A stretch of DNA of 64,000 nucleotides from an uncultured Pseudomonadales bacterium (GTDB lineage Bacteria > Patescibacteriota > Microgenomatia > UBA1400 > UBA1396), in contig CAYUUK010000007.1 of assembly GCA_964447905.1 (NCBI GenBank), positions 513-64,512 of the forward strand. The letters run 5' to 3'. Of this stretch, positions 47,791 to 60,437 are shown piece by piece. The notes below the pieces were generated by a model. The model was not told where the DNA came from and ran no database searches. It saw only the letters and a list, made by a program, of their open reading frames with translations. The position numbers were made by a program, and so were the translations under genes. How positions within the stretch are numbered: the first letter of the stretch is position 1; the number at the start of each line of letters is the position of its first letter.

Positions 47791-47814
47791 GCAAACGCGC
47801 AACAATGAGTGTAT

Positions 47815-48270
47815 ATGGCCCGAAGAATTCGTGAAGAGCTGCTTGCGCAGCGCAGATTCCGACAAATGTTTGTTACGCTCATTGTGCTTGCACTGGTAGC
47901 CGGATTTCTTATTGTCCCAATTGAGCGAGGTGCCGGTCCCATACAAGATATTGAAGATGGCCTGTGGTGGGTGATTACAACCATCTCTAGTGTGGGGTAT
48001 GGAGACATGGTTCCGGTCACAACCCTGGGAAGAATCTTGGGAGCGATGCTTCAAGTGCTCGGTTTTGTAATGCTCAGTTTGCTGCTCGGTATGATGACGT
48101 TTGCTCTCAATAAAAAGCAAGAAACCATTTATTGGTCCCGAGAGTTTGAACGTTTTAATGCCCTCGAAAAAAAATTGACCGAAATGGAAAAACAGTTGCA
48201 GTATCTTGTTCGCTCGGATGCTGAAAAGCATGGCGACATTCCCCCTGATCATGAAAATGAGAGGGCGTAA
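47815..48270 (+). CDS. 2-TM potassium channel (KcsA-like)
   Basis: DGLWWVITTISSVGYGDMVP filter between two TMs; C-terminal coiled coil. Confidence 0.9.
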   Translation: MARRIREELLAQRRFRQMFVTLIVLALVAGFLIVPIERGAGPIQDIEDGLWWVITTISSVGYGDMVPVTTLGRILGAMLQVLGFVMLSLLLGMMTFALNKKQETIYWSREFERFNALEKKLTEMEKQLQYLVRSDAEKHGDIPPDHENERA

Positions 48271-48272
48271 GC

Positions 48273-49289
48273 GTGGAGGCTCGCAGCATCTTTGATATTG
48301 ATTTTATTTTGCTGGATAGTTACTCTCTTTTGTTTCGCGCGTTCTATGCGTTTCCGTTATCGCTCACAGCTCCAGACGGTCAATTGACCAATGCCACTTT
48401 TGGGTTTACAAAACTCTTGTTAGACATGATGGATAAAATTCATCCAGAGTATCTGGTGGCAGCAGTGGACATGGGGCAACCAACCTTTCGACATGAACAA
48501 TTTGTGGAGTACAAAGCAAATCGTGAAGAGGCTCCAGACGAGCTCAAACAGCAGATTCGTTTCATGCACGATATTTTAGAAGTACTCAATGTGCCAACAC
48601 TGGGCTTTGTGGGGTACGAGGCGGACGATGTAATCGGTACGCTGGCAACGCAACTGCGCGAAGCACACCCAGATAAAAATGTTGGTATCTTTACTGGTGA
48701 TCGCGACTCATTTCAGTTGGTTGGAGACTCTGTGTATGTGGTGATGTCAGCCAGAGGAAGAGGTCGGAATGGTTTAGAGTTGATCGATACAGAGAAAGTG
48801 ATTGACTCCCTTGCAGTCAGGCCAGATCAAGTCGTTGACTACAAGGCGCTCTGTGGTGATGCTTCTGATAACATCCCCGGAGTACGAGGAGTAGGCCCGA
48901 AGACAGCAGCGCAATTGCTGCATACGTTCGGTACGCTGCAAAAAATCTACTTCGCTGTGGCGATGATAGCTGGTGAGGAGCAGCTTATTTCTGAACTGGG
49001 AGTTACCCTCACTGAGGTCGAGCGTGAAGAGTTGCAGGCAAAAGGTAAAAGTATCAGCGCAAGTGTTGTGAAGAAGCTTATTGAAGGTCATGATAACGCC
49101 TTTCTTTCACAGCAACTTGCTCAAATTGATACACAGGTTCCGCTGGATTTTGATATTCATCAAGCCAAGATCTCTGAATATGACAAAGAAAAAGCCAGCA
49201 CTCTTTTTACTCAACTCGGTTTCCGTTCATTGATACGTCATTTGCCGAATGATCGGTTTGAGACAGCCATTCAAGAGTCGCTGTTTTAA
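48273..49289 (+). CDS. Stand-alone 5'-3' exonuclease (Pol I N-terminal domain)
   Basis: LLDSYSLLFRAFY, YKANR, YEADDVIGT, TGDRD, GDASDNIPGVRGVGPKTA; no polymerase domain. Confidence 0.9.
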   Translation: MEARSIFDIDFILLDSYSLLFRAFYAFPLSLTAPDGQLTNATFGFTKLLLDMMDKIHPEYLVAAVDMGQPTFRHEQFVEYKANREEAPDELKQQIRFMHDILEVLNVPTLGFVGYEADDVIGTLATQLREAHPDKNVGIFTGDRDSFQLVGDSVYVVMSARGRGRNGLELIDTEKVIDSLAVRPDQVVDYKALCGDASDNIPGVRGVGPKTAAQLLHTFGTLQKIYFAVAMIAGEEQLISELGVTLTEVEREELQAKGKSISASVVKKLIEGHDNAFLSQQLAQIDTQVPLDFDIHQAKISEYDKEKASTLFTQLGFRSLIRHLPNDRFETAIQESLF

Positions 49290-49348
49290 AATTGCGCAAA
49301 ACATCCTTCTTGTGACAGAGAGTATCTGCGGTGTAAGCTGTAGAGAGT

Positions 49349-50122
49349 GTGAAATCCAAACAGAATACACAGCAAATTTCTTTAGTGCGTAAGCACTCTG
49401 ATCGTTATAATTCAGGAGTGACTGGGCGTTCTGTAAAGAAATCCGAAAGCGCAAAATCACTATTGGAGAAGTTACAGAATAGGTATACCGCATTTTCTGA
49501 GTGGATTTCTTCCCCACGTTCGCGCCGGTGGCGAGAAAAAGCTTTGTATTCTCTTGGAGTGAGTGTGGTGCTTGTTGGGGCAATAGCGGTATATATTACA
49601 TCGTTTACGAGCTTTGATTGGCGACAGTGGGCCTGGGGAGGTTCGCAGTTTTCAGGTGAGCAACTTTCCAGAGCGAGTGTTGTGAACCCGCAACTGATTG
49701 CTGTTGGGGAGCCAGAAGTGGCGGAGTTATTTACTGATCTTACATATCTTTATCCCCAAGCAGATATTTTGAATGTTCAAGATGATGAATTCGGCGTGAG
49801 CGTGGTAGCCGCGAAAGCCTTTGATGCAGAGTTACAACAAACACTGCTCTTTATTCGAGTAGAAAACGCACCGTTTTTGGAAGGAAGTATTCCCAAAATA
49901 TGGGTGAAAACACGAGATGGTCAAAACATTGAGGCTGGGGTGGGTGAGTATTTACTTGAGAATGGACAAGTGGTTGCGTACTTTATTACAACGGTTGAAG
50001 GGAGTGACGATATTTATAAAAGTGCTTCCTTAACACTTGATACGTTTCTTGATCAAGTTCAACCGTCTCCTGCTTTTTTTGTAGCGAATTTTGCTGATGA
50101 AGACACGGAGGTTTCATTATGA
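49349..50122 (+). CDS. Single-TM hypothetical protein
   Basis: TM LGVSVVLVGAIAVYI; GTG start 7 nt after TAAGCT; ATGA overlap with the next gene. Confidence 0.65.
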   Translation: MKSKQNTQQISLVRKHSDRYNSGVTGRSVKKSESAKSLLEKLQNRYTAFSEWISSPRSRRWREKALYSLGVSVVLVGAIAVYITSFTSFDWRQWAWGGSQFSGEQLSRASVVNPQLIAVGEPEVAELFTDLTYLYPQADILNVQDDEFGVSVVAAKAFDAELQQTLLFIRVENAPFLEGSIPKIWVKTRDGQNIEAGVGEYLLENGQVVAYFITTVEGSDDIYKSASLTLDTFLDQVQPSPAFFVANFADEDTEVSL

Positions 50123-53100
50123 ACCGATTTGCTCGTCAGCTTGTTCTTGGCATATTTTTCGCAATTGGAGCATTTTTCTTATTTGCAACGACACCGGTTT
50201 ATGCGCTCTGTGATGGTTGGGCCAGTCCTGGGACAACACATCGAAATAACGGAAATGGGTGTTACTACACGTGCAGCGGTGACAGCTGGAGTGGACCGAC
50301 CAAATGTGATGGCGGTGGAGATGGTGAGTGTCAAGGATGCCAGAATGCGAGTAAAGAGGATGCCGCCCGAGCAGTGAAGCAACGGCAAAAAGAAGCTGAG
50401 AAAAAGATCGAAGAGCAAGGTGGCCTCAATAGTGAAGAAACAAAAAAAGTGCGAAGAGAGACTCAGCAGAAGTATGGTCAATCTGCACTCAACTCATCTG
50501 CTGCGCCGCGTGACGAAGATACTGCGGCGACAGAGTTAGCTGTTGTGGGACAAGAGTGTGATCCGAATTCAGGAAGTGCGGGCACTGTTGGCCCTGGTGG
50601 CCGATGTTGTATAGGTGGCGTAGTGGAGTGTAGTGCTGACACGAACGGAGTGTGTGGCGGCGGTATCGACCGTTTTGGTACGTATGGCGTGTGTGGCACG
50701 AAACCACGTTGTGGGGACGGCTTTGCTTCAGTACATGAATGCAGTGCTCCAAATGTCTGTCCGCGTGATTACAAATACTGTGCTGAGCAAGGTTTCGAGC
50801 AACCAGCAGAGGAAACAGTTGAACAAAAAACAGAGGAGTATCATCGAGAACGCTTTGATGAGCTCACCCAAGAGTGTCTCTTCGGCGAAGATGAGCTGCT
50901 CGAGGGAAATCTCAATGCAGATTGTGTTGGGCAACTCAGTCGAACAACACAAATTCTCACTGATGAAGGTGCTGATGAATCAGAATTAGAAAATCTAGTG
51001 GAACGGCGGCGAACCCTTGGAAATTACTACACCGCTGTCTATAGAGCTGCGCAAGCTGAAACACTTTGTGGCGGTGATTCTCAAGCCTGTGCCGAGGCTC
51101 GATCCGCTGCAAATGCTGAAGTAGCCCGCACCGAAATTGCCGTAACACAAGCGTTTTCCAAGAGTGTAGTAAATAAAGCCAAACGCTCGGCCGAGAAATA
51201 CAAAGAACAGGTCCAGACATTTACCCAAGAGCGTGTGGCAAAAAGTAGTGACTTACCGACAACGATGCGGTCCATTACCCAAAAGTGCGCCGCTGAGAGC
51301 AGTGCGGATGCGCAAGAACGGTGCTTGCGTGTGCAACTGCGCGTGCAGTTAGGTCTCGATCTCGACGATTCTGGCCAATTTGTTCAAGCTGAGGACAGCA
51401 CGTACTATCAGCAGTTTTGTGATGCGGCCGTGGTGCGCGAGGGTGCAGGGCACTGTCGACAAGAGCGAGCAACCGTTGCCGCCAACATACTGGCCCAGCA
51501 AGATGCCATTCCACAAATTACCGTAGCGCGAGGTGTGTGTAATTTCCCGGGAGGTTGCGAGTGTGAACACTATGGCATTCAAGTTAATGAGGGAGATCAG
51601 TGTTACAGCGAAGGATTTGACTGGGTGCGTGACTCTGCAGTAGCCCAGCAAGTACCAGACTGTGGTGGCGAGGGACAGGTGGCTTGTGGTGATGCAAGTC
51701 AAGTCTGTGATCCGGGAAATGATTTCCATGCGGGTACGAATCGTTGTTGGCAATCTGAGCGTGTGCGTGAGCTCGAAGCACAGGAGTCTCAACGAGATAC
51801 CTCTGCTCCATCTCGAAGTGAAGAGGACTACATTGAGTATCTCGATGCGGGAGAAGAGTGGGAGTTTTCCTATACTGGCAACGCTGTTGTGTGTGCTGGT
51901 GGTTCTGAACTGTTAGTGAACTACGATAGTCGCGGAAATATTACCACGCAGGCTTGTGTATCCTCTGACGATTTGAGAGAGATCGATGAAAATGAACTTT
52001 GTGCGGCAACTGGCAGAAATGGAGCCTGTCGTTGTAGCAGTAATGGGGCGGTGATAGATGCTGGATTGCGTTGTCCCAGTTCGTCTCAATTCACAGCGGA
52101 CTCACTCGAGAGTTGTCCTGTTGGCAATAGAGAGAGACTCACAGTGTTTTCTGAAACACTGGAAAATGGTATCCAGTGTCGTTTGGGAGCTGGTCTAGCA
52201 AATACGTGTCGGCCAGGCTTTGAGTATGTGTCGGGTAATGGTGGGGCACGATGTGTAAGAATTGATGATTTTTCGGAGTTTGGTCAGGATGCATTAGTAA
52301 GTCCTTCCGAGCAAGATCCATTAGTTTCTGTAGCCTCAGATTCAGCTGTGCTGCCGCCTAGGGAAGAAGTATCGAGTTCCGCAGATTATGGAGATGTATG
52401 GGCAAGTCCGGCTCGCCGCTCAGTGGAACCCATAGTTGTTGAAGAGATAACTTTGGCAGAGACGTATCAGGATGCACAATCTCGAGCAGATTCACTTGAT
52501 GGCTGTGGTGGGAATGAGCAGTACATGTGTTCCTTCGAAATTAATGGAACCGAAGTTCGCTTGTGCAAATCGTGGACCAGATTGGACTCCGTTTCCAAGC
52601 TTTGTTATACACCGGAGCGCTATGAAGCCTTACGCCAACGTCTCACAGAGGATGCCACTGCAGAGCGGTCTGAGCGCCAGGCAGCTGGATACGAACAATG
52701 CTCATCTGGCGAAGTCTCAGCAAATGGCTGTTTGCGAGAAAATGGTCGACTTACAGGACAAAGCTGTGTGTACTCTGATTCTCAAGAGTCAGCAAATACA
52801 TTTATTGCTCTCATTGACAGCGAGCTGTGTAGAGACCAGCAAGAGGAGGAACAAGCAGCGAGAGAAGCGCGGGCTTCGGCTTTTGTAGAAACTATTAATA
52901 CACTCAGTAGTACTGTTTCTGAGACCGTGACAGTGCTTTGGACAGGTGTACTCGGCCGTGCAGAGGCACAGAACAGAGAACAGATTGATACTCTCGCTCA
53001 GAGTGCTCAAGCCGAGCAAAACAAAATTGCGACGGGTAACTCAGTACAAGCTGTGGCTCGATTACGCGAGCGATACGAAGATTTATCTCGGCGGTGTGGT

Positions 53101-53430
53101 TGGGTGCGAACCGATGTTCCAACCGCCTGTACAGAAGTGCTCCCTTCCTTAGCTGAACTGCCTTGGAGTGAGTCGAATGAAACCGTTCGAAGGACTCTTG
53201 TGGAAGAGCGGGGAAATGCCTTTCATAATCGCGAAGTTTTTGCCGAAAACACCGAGTACATTGTGTGTGGCGAAAACGAAAATGGCACACCATACTACTG
53301 TTGTCCAGGGAATACGCTTTCAGAAATGAATGATGACGGTGGAGTTGAGTGTGTATCCCTTCCAGAGCAAGGACCGGCGCTGCCACCTGAAGAACCGCTC
53401 TCTACAGCAGCACCAGATGGCGCGGAATGA
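50119..53430 (+). CDS. Large secreted cysteine-rich protein (1103 aa)
   Basis: Signal peptide ending VYA; dozens of Cys in clusters alternating with helical segments. Confidence 0.8.
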   Translation: MNRFARQLVLGIFFAIGAFFLFATTPVYALCDGWASPGTTHRNNGNGCYYTCSGDSWSGPTKCDGGGDGECQGCQNASKEDAARAVKQRQKEAEKKIEEQGGLNSEETKKVRRETQQKYGQSALNSSAAPRDEDTAATELAVVGQECDPNSGSAGTVGPGGRCCIGGVVECSADTNGVCGGGIDRFGTYGVCGTKPRCGDGFASVHECSAPNVCPRDYKYCAEQGFEQPAEETVEQKTEEYHRERFDELTQECLFGEDELLEGNLNADCVGQLSRTTQILTDEGADESELENLVERRRTLGNYYTAVYRAAQAETLCGGDSQACAEARSAANAEVARTEIAVTQAFSKSVVNKAKRSAEKYKEQVQTFTQERVAKSSDLPTTMRSITQKCAAESSADAQERCLRVQLRVQLGLDLDDSGQFVQAEDSTYYQQFCDAAVVREGAGHCRQERATVAANILAQQDAIPQITVARGVCNFPGGCECEHYGIQVNEGDQCYSEGFDWVRDSAVAQQVPDCGGEGQVACGDASQVCDPGNDFHAGTNRCWQSERVRELEAQESQRDTSAPSRSEEDYIEYLDAGEEWEFSYTGNAVVCAGGSELLVNYDSRGNITTQACVSSDDLREIDENELCAATGRNGACRCSSNGAVIDAGLRCPSSSQFTADSLESCPVGNRERLTVFSETLENGIQCRLGAGLANTCRPGFEYVSGNGGARCVRIDDFSEFGQDALVSPSEQDPLVSVASDSAVLPPREEVSSSADYGDVWASPARRSVEPIVVEEITLAETYQDAQSRADSLDGCGGNEQYMCSFEINGTEVRLCKSWTRLDSVSKLCYTPERYEALRQRLTEDATAERSERQAAGYEQCSSGEVSANGCLRENGRLTGQSCVYSDSQESANTFIALIDSELCRDQQEEEQAAREARASAFVETINTLSSTVSETVTVLWTGVLGRAEAQNREQIDTLAQSAQAEQNKIATGNSVQAVARLRERYEDLSRRCGWVRTDVPTACTEVLPSLAELPWSESNETVRRTLVEERGNAFHNREVFAENTEYIVCGENENGTPYYCCPGNTLSEMNDDGGVECVSLPEQGPALPPEEPLSTAAPDGAE

Positions 53431-53474
53431 AATTTTCAACCCACGACCTCTAGAAATCTGGTATTATGACTGGT

Positions 53475-54765
53475 ATGACAGTTACCGTTATTGGAACTGG
53501 GTTTGTGGGAGTTGTCACAGCCGCAGTCTTATCCTCCTTTGAAAATACCGTGTATGGCCTGGATATTGATCCGGCCAAAGTGAAGTCGCTTTCAACCGGG
53601 AAAGTTCCCTTTTTTGAGCCTGGTCTCGAAGATTTGCTGAAGCAGGAGTTGGATGCTGGTCGCCTTCATTTTACTGTCGACTATGCTGAAGCAATTTCTC
53701 AAGCTGATGTTATTTTGATTGCCGTTGGTACCCCTTCAGCACCAGATGGAAATGCCGATCTCACCTACGTAAAGAAAGCCGCTGAGTCGCTCGCTCCCCA
53801 CTTAAAAGAGGGTGCAGTTGTAGCCATTAAGAGTACCGTTCCTCCGGGAACTCTCGATATTGTTCGGCCAATTATAGAAGAGAAAGCGTCGGTTGATTTC
53901 GTCATGGCATCTTTGCCAGAATTTTTGCGCGAAGGCTCCGCTGTTGAGGACACACTGCACCCAGACCGTGTGGTTATTGGGTGTACTGATCCAAATGGCT
54001 TACGTGTTTTGCGTGAGCTGCATAAGCCATTCGGTGCGCCAATTATTGAGGTCAGTCCCGAAAGTGCGCAAATGGGCAAGTACTCCGCAAATGCGTATCT
54101 AGCCACTCGGATTACGTTTATTAATCAGATTGCTGATTTATGTGAGAAAAACGGCGCAGATGTGCGAGAAGTCATTAAGATTATCGGTCACGACAACCGT
54201 ATTGGCACGCACTACTGGTACCCTGGTTTCGGGTACGGTGGTTCCTGTTTCCCGAAAGACGTGAAAGAGTTAGCGGCCTACTCGCGCACGGTTGGGTATG
54301 GCAGTAATCTCTTTAATAAGATAACTGACCTGAATGAAGATCGTATTTTTGAGAAACTTGATCAGTACGAAAAAGTACTCGGTGGCTGGGAAGACAAAAC
54401 CGTAGCAGTACTCGGGCTTTCATTTAAGCCCCATACAGACGATATGCGCGAAGCGCCCAGTACGAAGATTGTGCCTCATTTGTTGAATAAAGGTGCCACT
54501 GTTCGAGGATATGATCCAATGGCCACTGAGGTGGCGGAGCAGGTACTTGGTCAATATGATCAACTGGCGTATTTTTCCGATATTGCTGAGGCCGTAGATG
54601 GTGCCGATATTGTTATGGCCGTGATCGAGTGGCCACAAATAACGAGTTTTGATTTCACCACTTTGAAACCACGGGTATTTATCGATGTACGCAATCAATT
54701 TTCAGCTGAAACTCTCGAGTCAGCTGGGTGGCAGTATGTAGGAGTGGGAACGGGAAAGCTGTCGC

Positions 54766-54773
<8 letters not shown>
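53475..54773 (+). CDS. ugd: UDP-glucose/GDP-mannose 6-dehydrogenase
   Basis: VIGTGFVG, IAVGTP, IKSTVPPG, PEFLREG, GYGGSCFPKD, GLSFKPHTDD.RE. Confidence 0.92.
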
Positions 54774-56711
<1,938 letters not shown>

Positions 56712-56725
56712 GAAAGCGGGGAGCC

Positions 56726-58000
56726 ATGGCAACAAAAAAAACATCAGTAAAAGCGGCTCAGAGAGCTTCCTCTCGTGAGAAAGCTATTATCATCATTCCC
56801 ACCTATAATGAGAAGCCGAACATCACAAAATTGTTGCCCCGGATTGATACCGTGAGAAAAAAGATCAGTGATTGGGATCTTGAGGTTTTGGTTGTGGATG
56901 ATTCTTCTCCAGACGGCACTGCCGAAGCAGTTGAGTCGCTGCAGAAAAAATATCCCTATCTTCACTTGCTTATTAACAAAAACAAAAGTGGACTTGGTGG
57001 GGCCTATCTGAAGGGCATGGCACATGCCTTCGGTAAGCTGAAAGCTGACGTTGTTTTTGAGATGGATGCAGATTTGTCACATGATCCAAAAAAGGTGCCA
57101 GAGTTTTTAGCGGCCCTCGATGCGGGTGCGGATATGGTACTTGGTTCACGATATATCCCTGGAGGATCTATTCCTTCTAATTGGGGATGGCATCGCAAGT
57201 TCTTGAGCGTTGCTGGCAATAACATCATATCTCTGGTTTTGTGGTCCCGCGCTGTTAAGGACTGGACTGGTGGCTATCGGGCCATTCGAAAAAGCGTGTA
57301 TAACAAGGTTCACACCGAGCTAGAGGCATCAGCTCGCTTTACTGGGTACACATTCCAAATTGGCTTTTTATTGAAAGCGATTCGGGGTGGCTTCAAGATA
57401 GCCGAAGTGCCTTTTCATTTTATTGATCGAGAAGTGGGAGAATCAAAATTGGGAACGGAGTACATAGTGAATACTTTGCGATACATTCTGAGCACACGAG
57501 TGCGAGAAATTATGCAGATGCGATTGTTTAAATTCGTGATTGTTGGAGGAGTGGGTTTTCTCGTAAATACCATCTTCTTTAATATTTTTAAGTACTTTGG
57601 CCTCTGGACTTCTCTTTCTACTACCTTTGGTATACCAGCCCAGCATGGTCTTTTAGAACTCATTTTGTCCGACCAAGCGTTGGCGGTTATTTTGTCCGCT
57701 GAGTTGGCAATACTTTCCAACTACTTGTGGAATAACCTGTGGACGTTCCAAGACCGCCAGATTCACGGCATCGTTTCTCACTTGAGCAAGTTTGCGCAGT
57801 TTAATCTTGGTTCCGTCGGTTCCATTTTTATTCAGTATGTAGTGATGCAAACTTCTTTACGGCTCTTCGGTGTGTTCACATTGCTCACACTGTTCGGATT
57901 GCCAATCGCGAGTGATAATCTGTACCTGGCAGCAGGAGTCATTATTGGTATGGTATGGAACTTCTCGATTTATAGTTTAGTCATTTGGAGAAAGAAGTAA
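56726..58000 (+). CDS. Polyprenol-phosphate mannosyltransferase (DPM1-like GT2) fused to a GtrA-like domain
   Basis: IIPTYNE, VDDSSPDGT, EMDADLSH, GSRY; C-terminal FKFVIVGGVG..NYLWNNLWTF. Confidence 0.85.
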   Translation: MATKKTSVKAAQRASSREKAIIIIPTYNEKPNITKLLPRIDTVRKKISDWDLEVLVVDDSSPDGTAEAVESLQKKYPYLHLLINKNKSGLGGAYLKGMAHAFGKLKADVVFEMDADLSHDPKKVPEFLAALDAGADMVLGSRYIPGGSIPSNWGWHRKFLSVAGNNIISLVLWSRAVKDWTGGYRAIRKSVYNKVHTELEASARFTGYTFQIGFLLKAIRGGFKIAEVPFHFIDREVGESKLGTEYIVNTLRYILSTRVREIMQMRLFKFVIVGGVGFLVNTIFFNIFKYFGLWTSLSTTFGIPAQHGLLELILSDQALAVILSAELAILSNYLWNNLWTFQDRQIHGIVSHLSKFAQFNLGSVGSIFIQYVVMQTSLRLFGVFTLLTLFGLPIASDNLYLAAGVIIGMVWNFSIYSLVIWRKK

Positions 58001-58004
58001 CCAG

Positions 58005-59627
58005 ATGTTTACAGCGCTGCGCCAGCAATATGTGCGATGGTGGACTCAACTTTCACGCGTAGAGCGCTGGGGGTGGATAAGCGTGGGAGTTGCTACCGCG
58101 CTTGGGGCGACGTATCGGCTTCTTTGGCTCAGAGAAACTATGCAGTTCTTGGCCGACCAGGGTCGGGACGTTATTACTGCCTACGGCATCTTGCATGGAG
58201 ATATTGCCTTAGTTGGACCTTCCACGAGTGTGGGGAGCATGTTTCTTGGTCCTTTTTACTACTATTTCATGGCGCCATGGTTGGCGTTGGCCGGAAATGA
58301 TCCAATTGGACCTTCTCTGGCAGTTGCGTTCATTGGAGTACTGACGCTTCCAGCACTCTTCTGGGTTGGCAAACGGCTCGTGGGCACGGTGCCGGCAGCC
58401 CTGGCAACTCTCATGTTTGCGGTTTCACCTGTAGCGGTTGAGTATACTCGTTTTTCGTGGAACCCAAATCCAGCTCCTATTGTGATGATCGTTCTTCTCT
58501 ATGCCACCTGGAAAGCCTGGAAAGGCTCCGCTCGTTGGTGGTTAGGGGTGGCGATTGCGTGGGCGATTATTATCCAACTGCACTATGTGGCGCTTTTGAG
58601 CTTAGCACCTGCGGGTCTCTTTTGGTTGGCCGATGTCTGGCGCTCTGTACGCTCCCAGCAGAGCTCGCGTTTGAAGGAGATCGCGGTGTGGACAGCAGCG
58701 AGTGTAGCGGCAGTGCTCATTTCTTGGGTCCCTTTGGTGCTATTTGATTTTCGTTTTGATCATCAGATTTCAAAAGGATTCGTTGATTTCCTCAATGGTG
58801 ATCCCAATGCGAGTAGTAAGACGCTGGTAGAAACACTCAGACGTGTATTTTCAGAGCAGCACGGTCGTGCTATGCACATTCTTTTTGAAGTATGGGGCGG
58901 AAGAGACTGGACTCAGTGGTTCCGGCAACTCAATACGGCGCTTCTGGCACTTTTTACTGGTGCTGGTGTCCTCGCGTGGTGGCGCTCGCGTACTACCAGT
59001 AAGGAAGCAGGCGTAGTTCTTACGCTCTTGGCGGTGCTTACCAGCGTTATTGGGCTTTCTTGGTATGATGGCGTTGTTTTCCACCACTATATTACCTACA
59101 TTTTACCGGCCACCTATCTTTTCACTGGTGTTGTTCTGGTTGAGCTGGTGCGACGATTCTCCGTCGTGGGTATGATTGTCAGTGGTAGTATTTTTGCCTA
59201 TGCCTTGTGGCTCGGTGTGCAACCAATCAGTATGCGATACCTTGAGCGCTTGGGCTGGACAGTGGACGACTATAAAACGACTGCCCAGATTATTTCACAA
59301 ACGCTTCCAGAAGGGGTTTCCTATGCGCTTACGCACCTTTCCGATGTGCGCGACTATCGGGGTTTAAGCTATCGATACTTTTTGTTAACTTCAGACAATC
59401 CACCTGTACCATTAGAGAATGCTGGTGATGCTGACTACTTAGTGATTGTTGCCGACAATCCTCGGCAAGCAAATGAAGTTCTTGGCTCCCCAGTCTATGA
59501 AGTGGTTATCTTCCCGAAAGGGGAGTACTCCACTATTGATATTGAAGATGGTCCACGGCTGTATTTTATTCAGCGTGAAAGAACACTTGTAGAAGGGCAA
59601 GACGCGGTTGCTCCTGAGGGCCAGTAG
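58005..59627 (+). CDS. GT-C (ArnT/PMT_2, GT39-like) membrane glycosyltransferase
   Basis: FLADQGRD, LVGPSTS..FLGPFYYY, RFSWNPN, QLHY. Confidence 0.8.
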   Translation: MFTALRQQYVRWWTQLSRVERWGWISVGVATALGATYRLLWLRETMQFLADQGRDVITAYGILHGDIALVGPSTSVGSMFLGPFYYYFMAPWLALAGNDPIGPSLAVAFIGVLTLPALFWVGKRLVGTVPAALATLMFAVSPVAVEYTRFSWNPNPAPIVMIVLLYATWKAWKGSARWWLGVAIAWAIIIQLHYVALLSLAPAGLFWLADVWRSVRSQQSSRLKEIAVWTAASVAAVLISWVPLVLFDFRFDHQISKGFVDFLNGDPNASSKTLVETLRRVFSEQHGRAMHILFEVWGGRDWTQWFRQLNTALLALFTGAGVLAWWRSRTTSKEAGVVLTLLAVLTSVIGLSWYDGVVFHHYITYILPATYLFTGVVLVELVRRFSVVGMIVSGSIFAYALWLGVQPISMRYLERLGWTVDDYKTTAQIISQTLPEGVSYALTHLSDVRDYRGLSYRYFLLTSDNPPVPLENAGDADYLVIVADNPRQANEVLGSPVYEVVIFPKGEYSTIDIEDGPRLYFIQRERTLVEGQDAVAPEGQ

Positions 59628-59672
59628 GGTTCCATCTTCCCTGGCGCAGTGAGATCGTGATAGAGTATCGGT

Positions 59673-60425
59673 ATGCCAATTGAAAAGTTATCTGTTATCG
59701 TTCCCTCATATAACGAGGCGAAAAATTTTGGTCGAGGAGTGCTCGATGAAGTGATTACGTATCTCGAGCAACAACCCTATAGCTGGGAGCTGGTATTAAC
59801 CGATGATGGCTCGACTGACTCAACGGTAGCACTGCTCAAAGAGTTTGCTCGCGGAAAAGAGCAGGTGAAAATTGTGGAAAACCCACATCGCGGGAAAGGT
59901 CCTACAGTGTCCGCTGGTATGCTGGCCGCAACGGGCGACTTCCGGATTTTTACTGACTTTGACCAATCGACGCCGATTTCTGAAGTAGAGAAATTTATTC
60001 CCTTTATTGATGATGGCTATGAAGTGGTGATTGGTTCCCGAGCGGTACAAGGAGCTCGCCGTCAAGATGAACCACTGCATCGTCACCTTATGGGAAAAGC
60101 CTTCAATATTCTCGTGCAGCTGATAGCTGTACCCGGTATCTATGACACCCAGTGTGGTTTTAAACTGTTCTCTGCGAAATCAGCTGAAGAGCTTTTTCCA
60201 AAGTTACAAGTGTATGGAGATAAAGCTCGCCAAGATGCCTTTACCGGTGCTTTTGACGTTGAGCTGTTGCTCTTAGCCCGGCGATTTGGCTACCGAATTG
60301 CGGAAGTGCCGGTCATTTGGCACCATCACGAGACCGACCGAGTGAGTCCGTTGAAAGATTCTGTATTGATGCTTCGAGACATTGTTATTATCCGTTTGAA
60401 CGACCTTCAGCGACGATACAAATAG
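59673..60425 (+). CDS. Dolichyl-phosphate glucose synthase-like GT2
   Basis: VPSYNE, DDGSTD, HRGKG, FTDFDQSTP, DTQCGFKLF, FDVELL. Confidence 0.85.
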   Translation: MPIEKLSVIVPSYNEAKNFGRGVLDEVITYLEQQPYSWELVLTDDGSTDSTVALLKEFARGKEQVKIVENPHRGKGPTVSAGMLAATGDFRIFTDFDQSTPISEVEKFIPFIDDGYEVVIGSRAVQGARRQDEPLHRHLMGKAFNILVQLIAVPGIYDTQCGFKLFSAKSAEELFPKLQVYGDKARQDAFTGAFDVELLLLARRFGYRIAEVPVIWHHHETDRVSPLKDSVLMLRDIVIIRLNDLQRRYK

Positions 60426-60437
60426 ATTTTTGAGAGC

